Source of the DNA: an uncultured delta proteobacterium
GTDB taxonomy: Bacteria > Myxococcota > Myxococcia > Myxococcales > 40CM-4-68-19
Direction of reading: 5' to 3'
Length of the DNA: 64,000 nucleotides
Assembly (NCBI GenBank): GCA_903911145.1
Contig: CAIWCD010000014.1
Location: 186,001-250,000, forward strand
The notes below the pieces were generated by a model. It saw only the letters and a list, made by a program, of their open reading frames with translations, was not told the origin of the DNA and searched no databases. Both the position numbers and the translations under genes were made by a program. Positions 27,708-37,417 of the stretch are shown one piece after another. How positions within the stretch are numbered: the stretch's first letter is position 1; each line of letters begins with the position of its first letter.

Positions 27708-28427
27708 CTAGGGAGTCGAGGCGGTGGAGCCGGACGCGGTGCTGGCCGCGACCGGGGCTTGATCGATTTCGACGACGCTGGAGAGCGGGACGTTCTTGCC
27801 GTTGACGACGAGCTGGGCCGCGCCATTGGCGAACGAGACGCCGGAGACGACGCCGTAGGTGACCGGGTTGGCCGTGACCGCGTTGCCCGCTGCGTCTGCA
27901 GCTGCGAGGCTGACGGTGTAGTTCCCGGGCGGCAGCATTGTGCCGACGCTGTCCTTGCCGTCCCAGCTGGTGCTCCAGTTTCCCGAGGGAGACGGAATGC
28001 TGTCGGTGAGCGTGCGGACGACCTTGCCTGTGGAGTCGGTGATCGTCGCAGTGACCGTCGAGGCCGGGCTCGAGAGCGTGCCGGAGACGGTGGCCGAGGT
28101 CGTGCCGTTGAACGCGACGGTGTTGCCGCTGACCTCCACGCTCTTGCCGACGAGCGAGGCGGTGTTCATCTGGTTGCCCGAGGCCTGCGCCGTCAGCACC
28201 TGGCCGAGCGTGCTGTTCATGTTCGACATCTGCTCGAGGCTGGAGAACTGGGCGAGCTCCGCGACGTACTGCGTGTTGTCGGTCGGGTTGAGCGGATCCT
28301 GGTTCTGCATCTGCGTCATCAGCAGCTTGATGAAATCGTCCTTGCCGAGCGCGGTCCCTCCAGTGGCGGCCGCTGCCGCGCCTGTGGTGCTGCTTCCGCC
28401 CTGGGTCGCTGAGGTGATCGAAGACAT
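27708..28427 (-). CDS. flgD: Hook-capping protein FlgD
   Basis: LGKDDFIKLLMTQMQNQDPLNP, AELAQFSSLEQ, WDGKD. ATG 28427 follows an AGGAGG RBS. Confidence 0.96.
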   Translation of the reverse strand: MSSITSATQGGSSTTGAAAAATGGTALGKDDFIKLLMTQMQNQDPLNPTDNTQYVAELAQFSSLEQMSNMNSTLGQVLTAQASGNQMNTASLVGKSVEVSGNTVAFNGTTSATVSGTLSSPASTVTATITDSTGKVVRTLTDSIPSPSGNWSTSWDGKDSVGTMLPPGNYTVSLAAADAAGNAVTANPVTYGVVSGVSFANGAAQLVVNGKNVPLSSVVEIDQAPVAASTASGSTASTP

Positions 28428-28446
28428 GAAACCTCCTGTTCGCGAC

Positions 28447-30948
28447 TCAGCTCTTGCGAGCCGCGTGCCACGGCGTCGAACGGGAGATCGTGTAGCCAAC
28501 GCCATCGGTGCGGGAGGGGGCGCTCGAGGAGGGCTTCTCGTGCGGCGTGTCGCGGTCGGCCGCTTCCTGCTGCTGCTGGCCTCGCGATCCGTCATGCGAA
28601 CCGCTCTGATTCGTCAAATCGCTGCTCTGATTTTCTGACGCGGTAGAGCCGACAACCTCCACGCGGCCGAGCGAGATCCCCTGGCCGGCGAGAGCGGTGC
28701 GCAGGTCGGAGGAGCGGGCGTCGACGAGCGGCGCGGCGGTGCCGGCGAGCGTGACGTGAGCGACGCCTTCGCGCATGCGCAGATGGAGCGAGAGGTCTCC
28801 AGCTCCATCGAGATCGACGCGGACGTGGGCCGCCTGGGGGAGCACCGAGACGTGTAGCGACGCGTCGTTGCTCGCGTCGCGCGCGAACGGGAGCGCGGCG
28901 GGAGCGGGGGCGGGCGTCGCGCTGGCGATGCTTGCCGGCGAGCTTTCACGAGGGAGTGAGGCAGCAAGCGTCTGCGTCGGTGCGGTCAGGTCATCCTTGC
29001 TGGGTGCGGTCGCGGTCGATTCGTCCGGAGGGCGCGTCGGGGCCGCAGCGGCCTTCTTTGCGGCGGCAACGGCGTGCTCGGCGGCGCGCGCAGGGAGGTC
29101 GGCGCGCGGGTTCGCATCCTTCGGCCCGGCGGTGACGCCGTCGAGCGCAGTCGTCGGAAGAGGGAGGCCCGCTGCGGGACCGCGGCCGGTGCCTGGCGCG
29201 ATCGCGAGGCTGCCCGCGACCTCGGGCCCGGCGGCCGAACGCGACGCAACCGGACTCTTCGTCGCTGCCCCAGCTTCTGCGCGACCAGCTCTGGGCTCGT
29301 GTGGCGTCGGTGCGCTGTTCGCGGCTGCATTCGCCTGCGCAGCCAGCTGTTGCGCCGCGTTCGTCGGGTCGGCGGCGGCAGGGGCCGGCTGCGCGTGGGT
29401 TGCCGGTGCCGGCGTCGACTGGGCATACGCCGCGCTCACTCGCGCAGCGGAAGGTCTCGTCGCGCCCAGCGGCGCATCCCGGGACGGAGTCGCCGGTGGC
29501 AGCGAGGGCGATTGCTCAGCGGTTGCAAGGTCGTCCATCGGGCCGGTCGCGGGCCGAGAGGCCTCCGCCTTCATCGGATCGGGTTGCGACGAAGTCGCAG
29601 AGGTTTCGTTCGAGTGCGCTGCGCTCGCCCGCTCTGGGAGCGGACGAGATGCGATCGTCTGTGTGTCGCTTCGCGCCCTGGTGGCGGACGCCCCTCCGGG
29701 CTGAACCGCGGCTGCTCGCGCGAGTTGTGGTCCGGCAAGAGGGCCTGCTGCGAGCGGACTCGCGGCGATCGGCGAAGAGTCGGCGTGCGCTCCCTCCGTG
29801 CTCTGCGTGCCTGCGCAGAGAGTTGCGCGGCTCTGCGTGGTGCTCTTCTGCGGTGCGCTCGCCTGCGCTGGAGGCTGGCGCGCGGCGATCGGCGAGGAGT
29901 CGACGTGCGCTCCCTTCGCGCTCTGCGTGTCCGGAGAGAGAGTTGTGCGGCTCTGCGTGGTGCTCTGCTGCGATGCGCTCGACTGTGCTGGAGGCGGGCG
30001 CGCGGCGATCGGCGAAGAGTCGATGTGCGCACCCTTGGTGCTCTGCGTGTCTGCGGAGAGCGTCGTGCGGCGCTGCGTGGTGTCCTGTTGCGATGCGCTC
30101 GACTGCGCTGGAGGCGGGCGCGCGGCGATCGGCGAGGAGTCGGCGTGCGCGCCCTTCGTGCTCTGCGTGTCCGGAGAGAGAGTTGTGCGGCTCTGCGTGG
30201 TGCTCTGCTGCGATGCGCTCGACTGCGCTGGAGGCTGGCGCGCGGCGATCGGCGAGGAGTCGACGTGCGCTCCCTTCGCGCTCTGCGTGTCCGGAGAGAG
30301 AGTTGTGCGGCTCTGCGTGGTGCTCTGCGTGGTGCTCTGCGTGGTGCTCTGCTGCGGTGCGCTCGCCTGCGCTGGAGGCTGGCGCGCGGCGATCGGCGAG
30401 GAGTCGACGTGCGCGCCCGTGGTGCTCTGCGTGTCTGCGGAGAGCATCGTGCGGCGCTGCGTGGTGTCCTGTTGCGATGCGCTCGACTGCGCTGGAGGCG
30501 GGCGCGCGGCGATCGGCGAAGAGTCGATGTGTGCGTTTGCCGTGCTGTGCGTGTTCGCGGAGAGAGTCGCGCGGGTCTGCGTCGTGCTCTGCTGCGGTGC
30601 GCTCGATGGCCCTTCGCGCGAGAGCAGCTGTCCGGGCTTCGGCTCGGCCTTCTGCTGCGGCTGCGTCGGTGTGCTGGTCGGAGCTGGCGTCGCCTGTTCG
30701 GCGAACTGCGCCGAGAGTGCGGCTTCGAACGACTCCGGTGCGCCTGCCGAGACGTCCGCCAATCGCTGCGGGCCGCGCCCAGCGCGCTCGAGGTCGCTGG
30801 CGCTGAGCGGCGCTGCTGCCCCGTTGGACTGCGCGTGCTGCGCGCTCGATGTCGCGCCTCGACCTGCGAGAGTTCCAGTCGTCGACCGGGCCTCGCCACT
30901 GCTGGCGAGCTCGTGAAGCAGCTCTGCGCCGATCGAGTGCACGCTCAT
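28447..30948 (-). CDS. fliK: Hook-length control protein FliK, expanded by repeats (833 aa)
   Basis: Long Ala/Pro/Ser/Thr/Gln-rich region; C-terminal T3S4-like domain (GDLSLHLRMREGVAHVTL...DLRTALAGQGISLGRVEV); directly upstream of flgD. Confidence 0.82.
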   Translation of the reverse strand: MSVHSIGAELLHELASSGEARSTTGTLAGRGATSSAQHAQSNGAAAPLSASDLERAGRGPQRLADVSAGAPESFEAALSAQFAEQATPAPTSTPTQPQQKAEPKPGQLLSREGPSSAPQQSTTQTRATLSANTHSTANAHIDSSPIAARPPPAQSSASQQDTTQRRTMLSADTQSTTGAHVDSSPIAARQPPAQASAPQQSTTQSTTQSTTQSRTTLSPDTQSAKGAHVDSSPIAARQPPAQSSASQQSTTQSRTTLSPDTQSTKGAHADSSPIAARPPPAQSSASQQDTTQRRTTLSADTQSTKGAHIDSSPIAARPPPAQSSASQQSTTQSRTTLSPDTQSAKGAHVDSSPIAARQPPAQASAPQKSTTQSRATLCAGTQSTEGAHADSSPIAASPLAAGPLAGPQLARAAAVQPGGASATRARSDTQTIASRPLPERASAAHSNETSATSSQPDPMKAEASRPATGPMDDLATAEQSPSLPPATPSRDAPLGATRPSAARVSAAYAQSTPAPATHAQPAPAAADPTNAAQQLAAQANAAANSAPTPHEPRAGRAEAGAATKSPVASRSAAGPEVAGSLAIAPGTGRGPAAGLPLPTTALDGVTAGPKDANPRADLPARAAEHAVAAAKKAAAAPTRPPDESTATAPSKDDLTAPTQTLAASLPRESSPASIASATPAPAPAALPFARDASNDASLHVSVLPQAAHVRVDLDGAGDLSLHLRMREGVAHVTLAGTAAPLVDARSSDLRTALAGQGISLGRVEVVGSTASENQSSDLTNQSGSHDGSRGQQQQEAADRDTPHEKPSSSAPSRTDGVGYTISRSTPWHAARKS
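29761..30608. repeat. Seven near-identical 120-bp (40-aa) tandem repeats inside fliK
   Basis: CGCGGCGATCGGCGA recurs at 29761, 29881, 30001, 30121, 30241, 30385 and 30505. One unit is 144 bp because it has two extra copies of the 12-mer CTCTGCGTGGTG. Confidence 0.95.
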
Positions 30949-31844
30949 TTTGTCCCCGCTGGCTTGGCCTTCGCCGCCGCCGCGTTCTTGTCCGGAGCCT
31001 TCTCGATCAGCGCCTGCAGCCGGGACGTCTCCTCTCGGAGATCCTTGCGCGCCTGCTCGATGGAGTCGGCGAGGGCCTGCAGCGCAGCGCGCTCCTTGGC
31101 GAGCTCGGCCCGTTCGTCGGCGATGCGCGCGTGTTCTTCCTTGCGGTCGTGGGCTGCGTGCCGGAGTTCGTCGCAGAGTGCCGAGGGCGCGACCGCCGGG
31201 GCGTTGGATGCTGCCTGGGCGGGGTCGGCAGACTTCGTCGCTTCGGGCGGCGGCTTGGGCTCTCCTGCGGGGGCTGCCTCCTTTGTCGCTGCTGCCGCTG
31301 GGGCCGCGGCCGGGATCTTCGTCGCCGCGGCCTTGCTCTTCTTGCTTCCCTTGGCCGACTTCTTCGCCGGACTTTTCGCCTCGGCGGGCGCGTCGTCAGA
31401 AGCGGCCTCCGCGCTCTTCTCCTCTGCCGGCGCGGGTTCGGTCGGTGCCGGATTGTGCGGGTCGGGAATCGGCGGGAGCCCGCCGGAGGTCGACTTGGAT
31501 GCCGCTGCCTTCTCCGGTGCAGCCTTCGGTGGAGCGGACTTTTCAGCGGCCGCCTTCGCCGCTGTTGCCTTCTCCGCCGCGGCCTTCTCTGCCGCCGCCT
31601 TCTCTGCAGCGGCCTTCTCTGCTGCCGCCTTGGCCGCAGCGGCCTTCTCGGCAGCGGCCTTCGCCGCTTCCTCTTTCTTCTTCTGCGCGGCCTCCTCCTT
31701 CTTTTTCTCTGCCTCGGCCTTTTCGTTCGACTTGGCCTTCGCCACGATATCGAAGTCGGGCTCGACGTCCTGCGCGCGCGCGAGTGGCGCACCAAGGACC
31801 AGGGTTGCAACGAGGAAGGAGAGCAGTGGGGTCCGCGGCATCAT
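30945..31844 (-). CDS. Exported protein with (AAAEK)n repeat and C-terminal coiled coil; occupies a MotE/FlbB-like position
   Basis: Signal peptide ending ARA-Q; low-complexity middle; overlaps both fliI and fliK by 4 bp. Confidence 0.7.
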   Translation of the reverse strand: MMPRTPLLSFLVATLVLGAPLARAQDVEPDFDIVAKAKSNEKAEAEKKKEEAAQKKKEEAAKAAAEKAAAAKAAAEKAAAEKAAAEKAAAEKATAAKAAAEKSAPPKAAPEKAAASKSTSGGLPPIPDPHNPAPTEPAPAEEKSAEAASDDAPAEAKSPAKKSAKGSKKSKAAATKIPAAAPAAAATKEAAPAGEPKPPPEATKSADPAQAASNAPAVAPSALCDELRHAAHDRKEEHARIADERAELAKERAALQALADSIEQARKDLREETSRLQALIEKAPDKNAAAAKAKPAGTK

Positions 31845-33184
31845 GGGAGCTTCTCCGGCGGCGGCTGCTTGAGCTCGAGAGCGCCGCGCAGCATCGAGAA
31901 CGTGTCGACCAGCGGAATCGGTGCTGGCTCTGGCGACTGCTGGAGGAAGCGGCGCAGATTGGGGAGGATCTTGAGTGCGCGATCGACGCGGGCGTTCGAG
32001 CCGGCCGCGTAGGCACCGACGTCGATGAGGTCTGCCGCTTCGCGATGGGCCGCGAGCAGATCGCGTGCGTCCCGTGCGGCTTCGCGCTGGTGCGCATTGG
32101 TGATGTCGGTGAGCACGCGGCTGACGCTCTGGAGCACGTCGATGGCGGGGAAATGGCCCGACTCGGCGAGCTTTCTCGAGAGGACGATGTGTCCGTCGAG
32201 CGCAGCGCGGACGGCGTCGGCGACGGGATCGGCGAGGTCGTCTCCCTCAGCGAGCACGGTATAGAACGCTGTGATGCTGCCCGGGCCTTCGTCGTTGCCC
32301 GCGCGCTCGACGAGGCGGGGCAGGGCCGCGAAGACCGACGGCGGATAACCCTTGCTCGTCGGCGGTTCGCCCGCGGCGAGACCGACCTCGCGCTGCGCCA
32401 TCGCGACGCGGGAGAGAGAGTCGATGAGCAGCAGCACCTTCTTGCCGCGCGCGCGGAAATGCTCGGCGAGCGAGGTGGCCGCCTGGGCGGCGCGGATGCG
32501 CAGGAGCGGCGGCTCATCTCCGGTCGCGACGACGACGATCGAGCGGGCGAGGCCTGGCCCGAGGTCGCGCTCGACGAACTCACGCACCTCGCGACCGCGC
32601 TCGCCGATCAGTCCCACGATGATGATGTCCGCCGCCGAGTGGCGCGCGAGCATTCCCAGCAGAACGCTCTTGCCGACGCCCGGGCCGGCCATGACCGCGA
32701 CGCGCTGGCCCTCGCCGACGCAGAGGCAGGCGTCGAGCACGCGCACACCCGTGTGCAGCTGCTTGCCGATGCGGCGACGCGACATCGCAGGAGGAGGAAC
32801 CGCGTCGAGGCGAGCGCGCGAGCGCAGGAGGAGCGGCAGGCCGCCGTCCATCGGGCGCATGCGGGCATCGACGACGCGGCCAAGCAGCGCGTCACCGACG
32901 GGAAGTTCCGCGACGCCGCCGCGCTGGATCACCGTGCAGCCTTCGCGGATGCCGCGCAGGTCGCCGAAGGGGAGCAGCAGTGCGTGACCGGCGGTGACGC
33001 CAACGACCTCGGCGAGGAGTCGCTCGTCGCCATCGAGATGGATTTCGCATTGCGCGCCGAGCGCAACTCTCGGCAGCGAGGCCTCGACGACCACGCCAGC
33101 TGCGCGAACGACGCGGCCGCTGACAGGAAGGGGAGAGCTGGCTGCGAGTGCACGACGGACCCGCTCGACTTCGTTCGCGCTCAT
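31841..33184 (-). CDS. fliI: Flagellar export ATPase FliI
   Basis: GPGVGKS, LIGERGREVREF, DSLSRVAMAQREVGLAAGEPP, LDGHIVLSR. Confidence 0.96.
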   Translation of the reverse strand: MSANEVERVRRALAASSPLPVSGRVVRAAGVVVEASLPRVALGAQCEIHLDGDERLLAEVVGVTAGHALLLPFGDLRGIREGCTVIQRGGVAELPVGDALLGRVVDARMRPMDGGLPLLLRSRARLDAVPPPAMSRRRIGKQLHTGVRVLDACLCVGEGQRVAVMAGPGVGKSVLLGMLARHSAADIIIVGLIGERGREVREFVERDLGPGLARSIVVVATGDEPPLLRIRAAQAATSLAEHFRARGKKVLLLIDSLSRVAMAQREVGLAAGEPPTSKGYPPSVFAALPRLVERAGNDEGPGSITAFYTVLAEGDDLADPVADAVRAALDGHIVLSRKLAESGHFPAIDVLQSVSRVLTDITNAHQREAARDARDLLAAHREAADLIDVGAYAAGSNARVDRALKILPNLRRFLQQSPEPAPIPLVDTFSMLRGALELKQPPPEKLP

Positions 33185-33936
33185 GCGGCACCTTCTGCCG
33201 CTTCAACCACCTGGCGGCGTAGCTCGGCGAACCGATTGGCGAGACGTCCATCGATCTGGCCGAGGTCGCTGTCGACCATGCACTCGCCCGGCTCGAGCGC
33301 GTTGTCGGCCGTCAGTTCGATCGTCGCGAGCGAGAGCCCGCCTGTCGCTTCCTGGCCGCGCGGGCCGCGGAGCGCATCGATATCGGAGGGGCAGACACGC
33401 AGCGTGATCCGCCGCGCCGCCGCGAGCTGCATGAGCGATGAACGCACCAGCGCGAAGAGCGGCTCGGGGCTCTGGCGCACCTCAACCTCGACGATGCGGC
33501 GCGCAATCTGGAAGGCCATCTCGAGTGTGTCAGCGCGCGCCTGCTCCGCGAGCTTCTCGCTCTGCATCTTGAGCGAGTCGATGGCTGCAGCGAGCCGCTC
33601 GCGGATCATCTCGACCGGCACGACGGGAGCTGCGACCTCGACAGTCTTCGGTGCTGCATCCGCCTCGTGCGTCGCCGCGGGAGGCGGTGGGGCCGCGTGC
33701 TGCTGCGGTGGTGCGGGAGGGCCGCCGATGAACGTCGGCACCCGTGCGGCGCTGCTGCCTGCCTCGTTCGCATGCATGAGCGACTGCTTGTGCGGCTCCG
33801 TCCTGCTCGCCGGCTCCGACGACAGAGGTCGCAGCTGCGCGGGCGGCTTCTGGGCGCCGAACCGCGCGGCCTCGACCGACTGTGACGCCGGGACCGAAGT
33901 GAGGAACCGCGGCTTGCGTGGAGGAGGCTGTGTCAT
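33181..33936 (-). CDS. fliH: Export protein FliH
   Basis: LEMAFQIARRIV, LRVCPSD, LEPGECMVDSDLGQIDG; between fliG and fliI. Confidence 0.9.
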   Translation of the reverse strand: MTQPPPRKPRFLTSVPASQSVEAARFGAQKPPAQLRPLSSEPASRTEPHKQSLMHANEAGSSAARVPTFIGGPPAPPQQHAAPPPPAATHEADAAPKTVEVAAPVVPVEMIRERLAAAIDSLKMQSEKLAEQARADTLEMAFQIARRIVEVEVRQSPEPLFALVRSSLMQLAAARRITLRVCPSDIDALRGPRGQEATGGLSLATIELTADNALEPGECMVDSDLGQIDGRLANRFAELRRQVVEAAEGAA

Positions 33937-33939
33937 CGG

Positions 33940-35016
33940 TTACACCATCTTGTCTGCTGCGCGGACGATCGTGATGCGGCCCTGGCCAGAGAGTTCGAGC
34001 GCCAGCTTGGCGATCTCGGCCTGTGCTTCGTCCACTTGCGAAAGCCGTACCGCTCCCATCGCGCCGAGATCGTCGGAGAGAAGTTGCGCGGCGCGCTGCG
34101 ACATATTGCGAAGGAACTTGTCGCGCAGGGCAGGGGCCGCACCCTTGAGTGCCATGGTCAGGCGCGGTCCGTCGATCTCCTTGAGCACCGCCTGGAGATC
34201 GCGATCCGTCAGATTGCGCAGGTCGTCGAACGTGAAGAGCTTGGTGCGCAGGTCGTTGGCGAGGCCCGGGTCGTCCTTCTCGATGGCGGCGACCACTTCT
34301 CCCTGCTGCGAGCTGGGCGAGCGACGCAACAACTCGAGCGCGGCACCGCGACCGTCGACGCGGCGCATACCGCCGGCGATGACCGCGCGCAGCTCCTGGG
34401 CGAGCGCCTGGCCGACCTCTTTCAAAACTTCTGGCGCCACAGATTCGATCGACGCCATTCTTCTGATGACCTGCGGCCGGATGCCCGCGGGCAGCTTGTC
34501 GAGCGCAGCGGCGGCACGCTCGGGAGCGATGGCTGAGAGCACCAGCGAGATGGTCTGCGGCTGCTCGCGGATGAGCACCATCGCGAGCGCTTCCGGATCG
34601 GCTTCGGCGATCGGCCCGAGGACTTCGTCTGGCGCGGCCGGTGCCTGAACACCGTCGAAGGCGCGGCGGACGGCGTCGCTGCCAAGGGCCTTCTCGGCCA
34701 TTTCGCGGAGGAGGTCGTCACCCATCGAGCTTTCGCTACCGACCCGGCCGATGGCCTCGATGAATCCGCGGAGCGCCTCGGGGACGGCGTTCGCGGGCGC
34801 CTTCTTCAGCTCGCGAGCGCCGAGGGCCACCAGGCGGACCTCCTCGGGATTGAGCAGGCGGAAGATGCTCGCCGCCAGGTCGCTGCCGAGGCCGAGGAGC
34901 ACCGCGGCGGCGCGCTTTGCGCCTGGGCCGGCCGTCTTGCCGCCAACCTGCGTGTCACCAGCGCCTGCTCCACCGCCGAATGCTGGTGGTGTCGGATGTG
35001 CCTCTGTCTCAGCCAC
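33940..35016 (-). CDS. fliG: Motor switch protein FliG
   Basis: RAAAVLLGLG, EQPQT, LFTFDDL, ALKG, NMSQRAA. Probable start GTG 35016 overlapping the fliF end. Confidence 0.96.
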   Translation of the reverse strand: MAETEAHPTPPAFGGGAGAGDTQVGGKTAGPGAKRAAAVLLGLGSDLAASIFRLLNPEEVRLVALGARELKKAPANAVPEALRGFIEAIGRVGSESSMGDDLLREMAEKALGSDAVRRAFDGVQAPAAPDEVLGPIAEADPEALAMVLIREQPQTISLVLSAIAPERAAAALDKLPAGIRPQVIRRMASIESVAPEVLKEVGQALAQELRAVIAGGMRRVDGRGAALELLRRSPSSQQGEVVAAIEKDDPGLANDLRTKLFTFDDLRNLTDRDLQAVLKEIDGPRLTMALKGAAPALRDKFLRNMSQRAAQLLSDDLGAMGAVRLSQVDEAQAEIAKLALELSGQGRITIVRAADKMV

Positions 35017-36610
35017 GGGTCGCCTCGTCTGAAGAGATCCAAGCGCGCAACAGGAGTGCTGCTCGGGCGGGGTCTGCCTCGACCAGTGCTCGTGCACGGT
35101 CGCGCATGTTGATGCTTGCGTCAGGTGCTGCGTCAGTCAGTTCAGGAGTCGGCGCGAGGCCCGGCGTCGCCGCGGTGGCGAGTACGGCCTCGAGCGCTGC
35201 GACGCGCTCGCCCGGCTTCATCAGGGCGACGTCGCGCATGTTGCTCGCGTGCGCATCCCGGCTGCCTCCGCCGCGCATCGCAAAGAAGGCGATGACGAGG
35301 AGGACCGCGGCCGCGCCGCCGATCTGCCACCAGAGGGCCTGGCCCGGGAGTGCGAAACGAGCGGGCGCTGCGGGCGTCTCCGCTTCGTTGGAGCGGGCGA
35401 AGACGGTGCTGGAGAGTTCGAGCTGATCGCCGCGCGCTTCGTCGAACCCGACCGCCTTGCGAGCGAGCTCGCGGAGCTGGTCGAGGTCCGCGTCGCTGCG
35501 CGGCTTGCCGTCCTGGCCGTCGACGAGGATGGCGACGGAGAGCTTGGTGAGGCGTGCTCCCTTCGCACTCGTGTGCGTGACGGTGCGGCCGACGTCGAAG
35601 GTGCGTGCTTCGTCCTGGTTCGTCGACGTGCCGCGCGAGACATCGGCGGTCGGGGTGGTGGGCGTCGCGGGCGAGTTGCCGGCCGCGCCTGCGACCCCTC
35701 CGACGCCGCCGCCCGGAACGCCTCCTCCTGCCGACTGGCTCTGCGAGACCTTGTGCTCGCTGCGCACGACGCCCGCCGGGTCGACGATCTCCTTGCTCTC
35801 GGTCTGCTCCGTCTGGTCGAGCGTTGCGGAAACCCGCGCCACGACTGCGCCAGCGCCCACCGCGGGCTCGAGCAGCGAGATCAGGCGCGACTCGAGATTC
35901 TTCTCGAACTCGCGCTGCCGATACGCTTCGGCCTCGCCCCACATCGACTCGCTCGAGAGCACCGTGCCGCGGCCGTCGACGATGGTGACCGACTCCGGTT
36001 GCAGGCCCGAGACGCCGCTGGCGATGAGGTGGCGGATGCCCGAGATCTCGCGCTCACCGAGCGAGCGCCCCGTCTGCAGATTCAGCACGACGGCCGCGGA
36101 GGCGCGGCGCTCGTCGTCGCGGTAGAGCCCCTTCTCCTCGAGCGAGATGTGCACGCGGGCCGAGCGGACGTTGGCGAGATGGCCGATGGTGCGGGCGAGC
36201 TCGCCCTCGAGTGCGCGGCGCAGGTTGATCTTCTGCGTGAACTCGGAGACGCCGAGATCGCCGCGGTCGAAGAGCTCGAAGCCTGCGCCACCGCCGCGGG
36301 GAAGGCCGGCTGCTGCGAGGAGGAGGCGCGCGTCGTAGACCTTCGCAGAGGGGACCGCGAGTGCGCCGCCGCCCGCATCGACGCGGAAGGGGATGCCGGC
36401 CGTCTTGAGCTGCGCGGCGGCCTCGGCCGAATCCTCAGGCCCGAGGTTGGTGAAGGCGTACTGCATCTGCTCGCCGCCGCCGGCGCTGAGGGCGATCGCG
36501 GAGAGCGCGACGATGAGCGCGACCGCGCCCAGACCGGCGTAGCGCACCGGTGCGGGGAGCGCGGAGAATCGCGAGGGGAGTTCGCGGAGCTGCTTGAGGA
36601 GCGGTTCCAT
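35009..36610 (-). CDS. fliF: MS-ring protein FliF
   Basis: GFELFD, RALEGELARTI, ARVHI, GFDEARGD, LLRAWI terminus. Confidence 0.96.
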   Translation of the reverse strand: MEPLLKQLRELPSRFSALPAPVRYAGLGAVALIVALSAIALSAGGGEQMQYAFTNLGPEDSAEAAAQLKTAGIPFRVDAGGGALAVPSAKVYDARLLLAAAGLPRGGGAGFELFDRGDLGVSEFTQKINLRRALEGELARTIGHLANVRSARVHISLEEKGLYRDDERRASAAVVLNLQTGRSLGEREISGIRHLIASGVSGLQPESVTIVDGRGTVLSSESMWGEAEAYRQREFEKNLESRLISLLEPAVGAGAVVARVSATLDQTEQTESKEIVDPAGVVRSEHKVSQSQSAGGGVPGGGVGGVAGAAGNSPATPTTPTADVSRGTSTNQDEARTFDVGRTVTHTSAKGARLTKLSVAILVDGQDGKPRSDADLDQLRELARKAVGFDEARGDQLELSSTVFARSNEAETPAAPARFALPGQALWWQIGGAAAVLLVIAFFAMRGGGSRDAHASNMRDVALMKPGERVAALEAVLATAATPGLAPTPELTDAAPDASINMRDRARALVEADPARAALLLRAWISSDEATRG

Positions 36611-36632
36611 CAGGTCTCTTTCAGGCAGCGGG

Positions 36633-36944
36633 CTAGATGCTCATCTTCATGACTTCCTGGTACGCCTCGACCAGCTTGTTGCGGACCTTCGTGGCGACTC
36701 GCATCGACACGTCGGCCTTCTCGAGCGCGATGGCGGTCTCGTGCAGATTGCCGCCGCCCATCGCGAGCTGCGCCGACTGCTGGTCGGCTTCAATCTGCTG
36801 GGCGTCGACCGCTTTGATCGCCTGCCCAAGCGTGTCTGCAAACGAGCTGCCGTTCGCAACGGAGGTCGGCCGAACCACTTCCATCGGCGAGGTTTCGCCG
36901 GTCCGGGAGATCTGCTGCAGTGCGAGTGAGCTGAGTCCGTCCAT
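36633..36944 (-). CDS. fliE: Hook-basal body protein FliE
   Basis: SFADTL, LHETAIALEKA, VRNKLVEAYQEVMKMSI. Confidence 0.96.
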   Translation of the reverse strand: MDGLSSLALQQISRTGETSPMEVVRPTSVANGSSFADTLGQAIKAVDAQQIEADQQSAQLAMGGGNLHETAIALEKADVSMRVATKVRNKLVEAYQEVMKMSI

Positions 36945-36955
36945 GGCCGTCTCCC

Positions 36956-37384
36956 TTAGCGAGCGATGTCGAGCGCGTGCTGCGCCATGGTTTCGAGCGT
37001 CTCGATCGCGGTCGCGTTGGCGTCGTAGCCGGACTGCGCGGAGACGAGGTTCACGACTTCGTGGATCGGGTCGACGTTGGGGAGCGTGATGAAGCCCTCT
37101 TCGTCCGCGTCCGGATGGTCGGGGCTGTAGACGCGGCGTCCGGGCGATGCGTCCTCGACGATGTCGGTGACCTTGACGCCGACCGGCGCGGGCTCGCCGA
37201 TGGCCGCGCCGAGCTGCTGAGAGAAGGGCGCGGAGGTGAGGACCGGGTCGCGGCGGCGGTAGGGCTGGCCGTCTGCACCGCGGGTCGATTCCGCGTTGGC
37301 GAGGTTGCTCGCGGCGAGGTCGACGCGGGTACGCTCTGCGGCGAGGCCCGAGGCGCTGATGTTGAGTGCGGTGGAAAAATCCAT
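36956..37384 (-). CDS. flgC: Rod protein FlgC
   Basis: ISASGLAAERTR, SNLANAEST, PYRRR, HPDAD, PNVD. Confidence 0.96.
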   Translation of the reverse strand: MDFSTALNISASGLAAERTRVDLAASNLANAESTRGADGQPYRRRDPVLTSAPFSQQLGAAIGEPAPVGVKVTDIVEDASPGRRVYSPDHPDADEEGFITLPNVDPIHEVVNLVSAQSGYDANATAIETLETMAQHALDIAR

Positions 37385-37417
37385 AAATGACTCTCCGGTC
37401 AACAATTCGTTGAGCGA

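Noticed and set aside
29761..30608. Regular repeats considered as a CRISPR array
   Set aside because: Whole units repeat with no unique spacers, stay in frame within fliK, and no cas genes are present.
30950..34648. 1232-aa plus-strand ORF, and other long antisense ORFs (16663-18696, 29074-31872, 52553-54679)
   Set aside because: They shadow well-supported minus-strand genes, are Arg/Pro/Ala-rich with no recognisable motifs, and are expected in high-GC DNA.
31841..36610. FliF/FliI/export genes considered as a non-flagellar type III secretion system
   Set aside because: Rod, hook, ring, flagellin, cap and stator genes are all present, so the system is flagellar.
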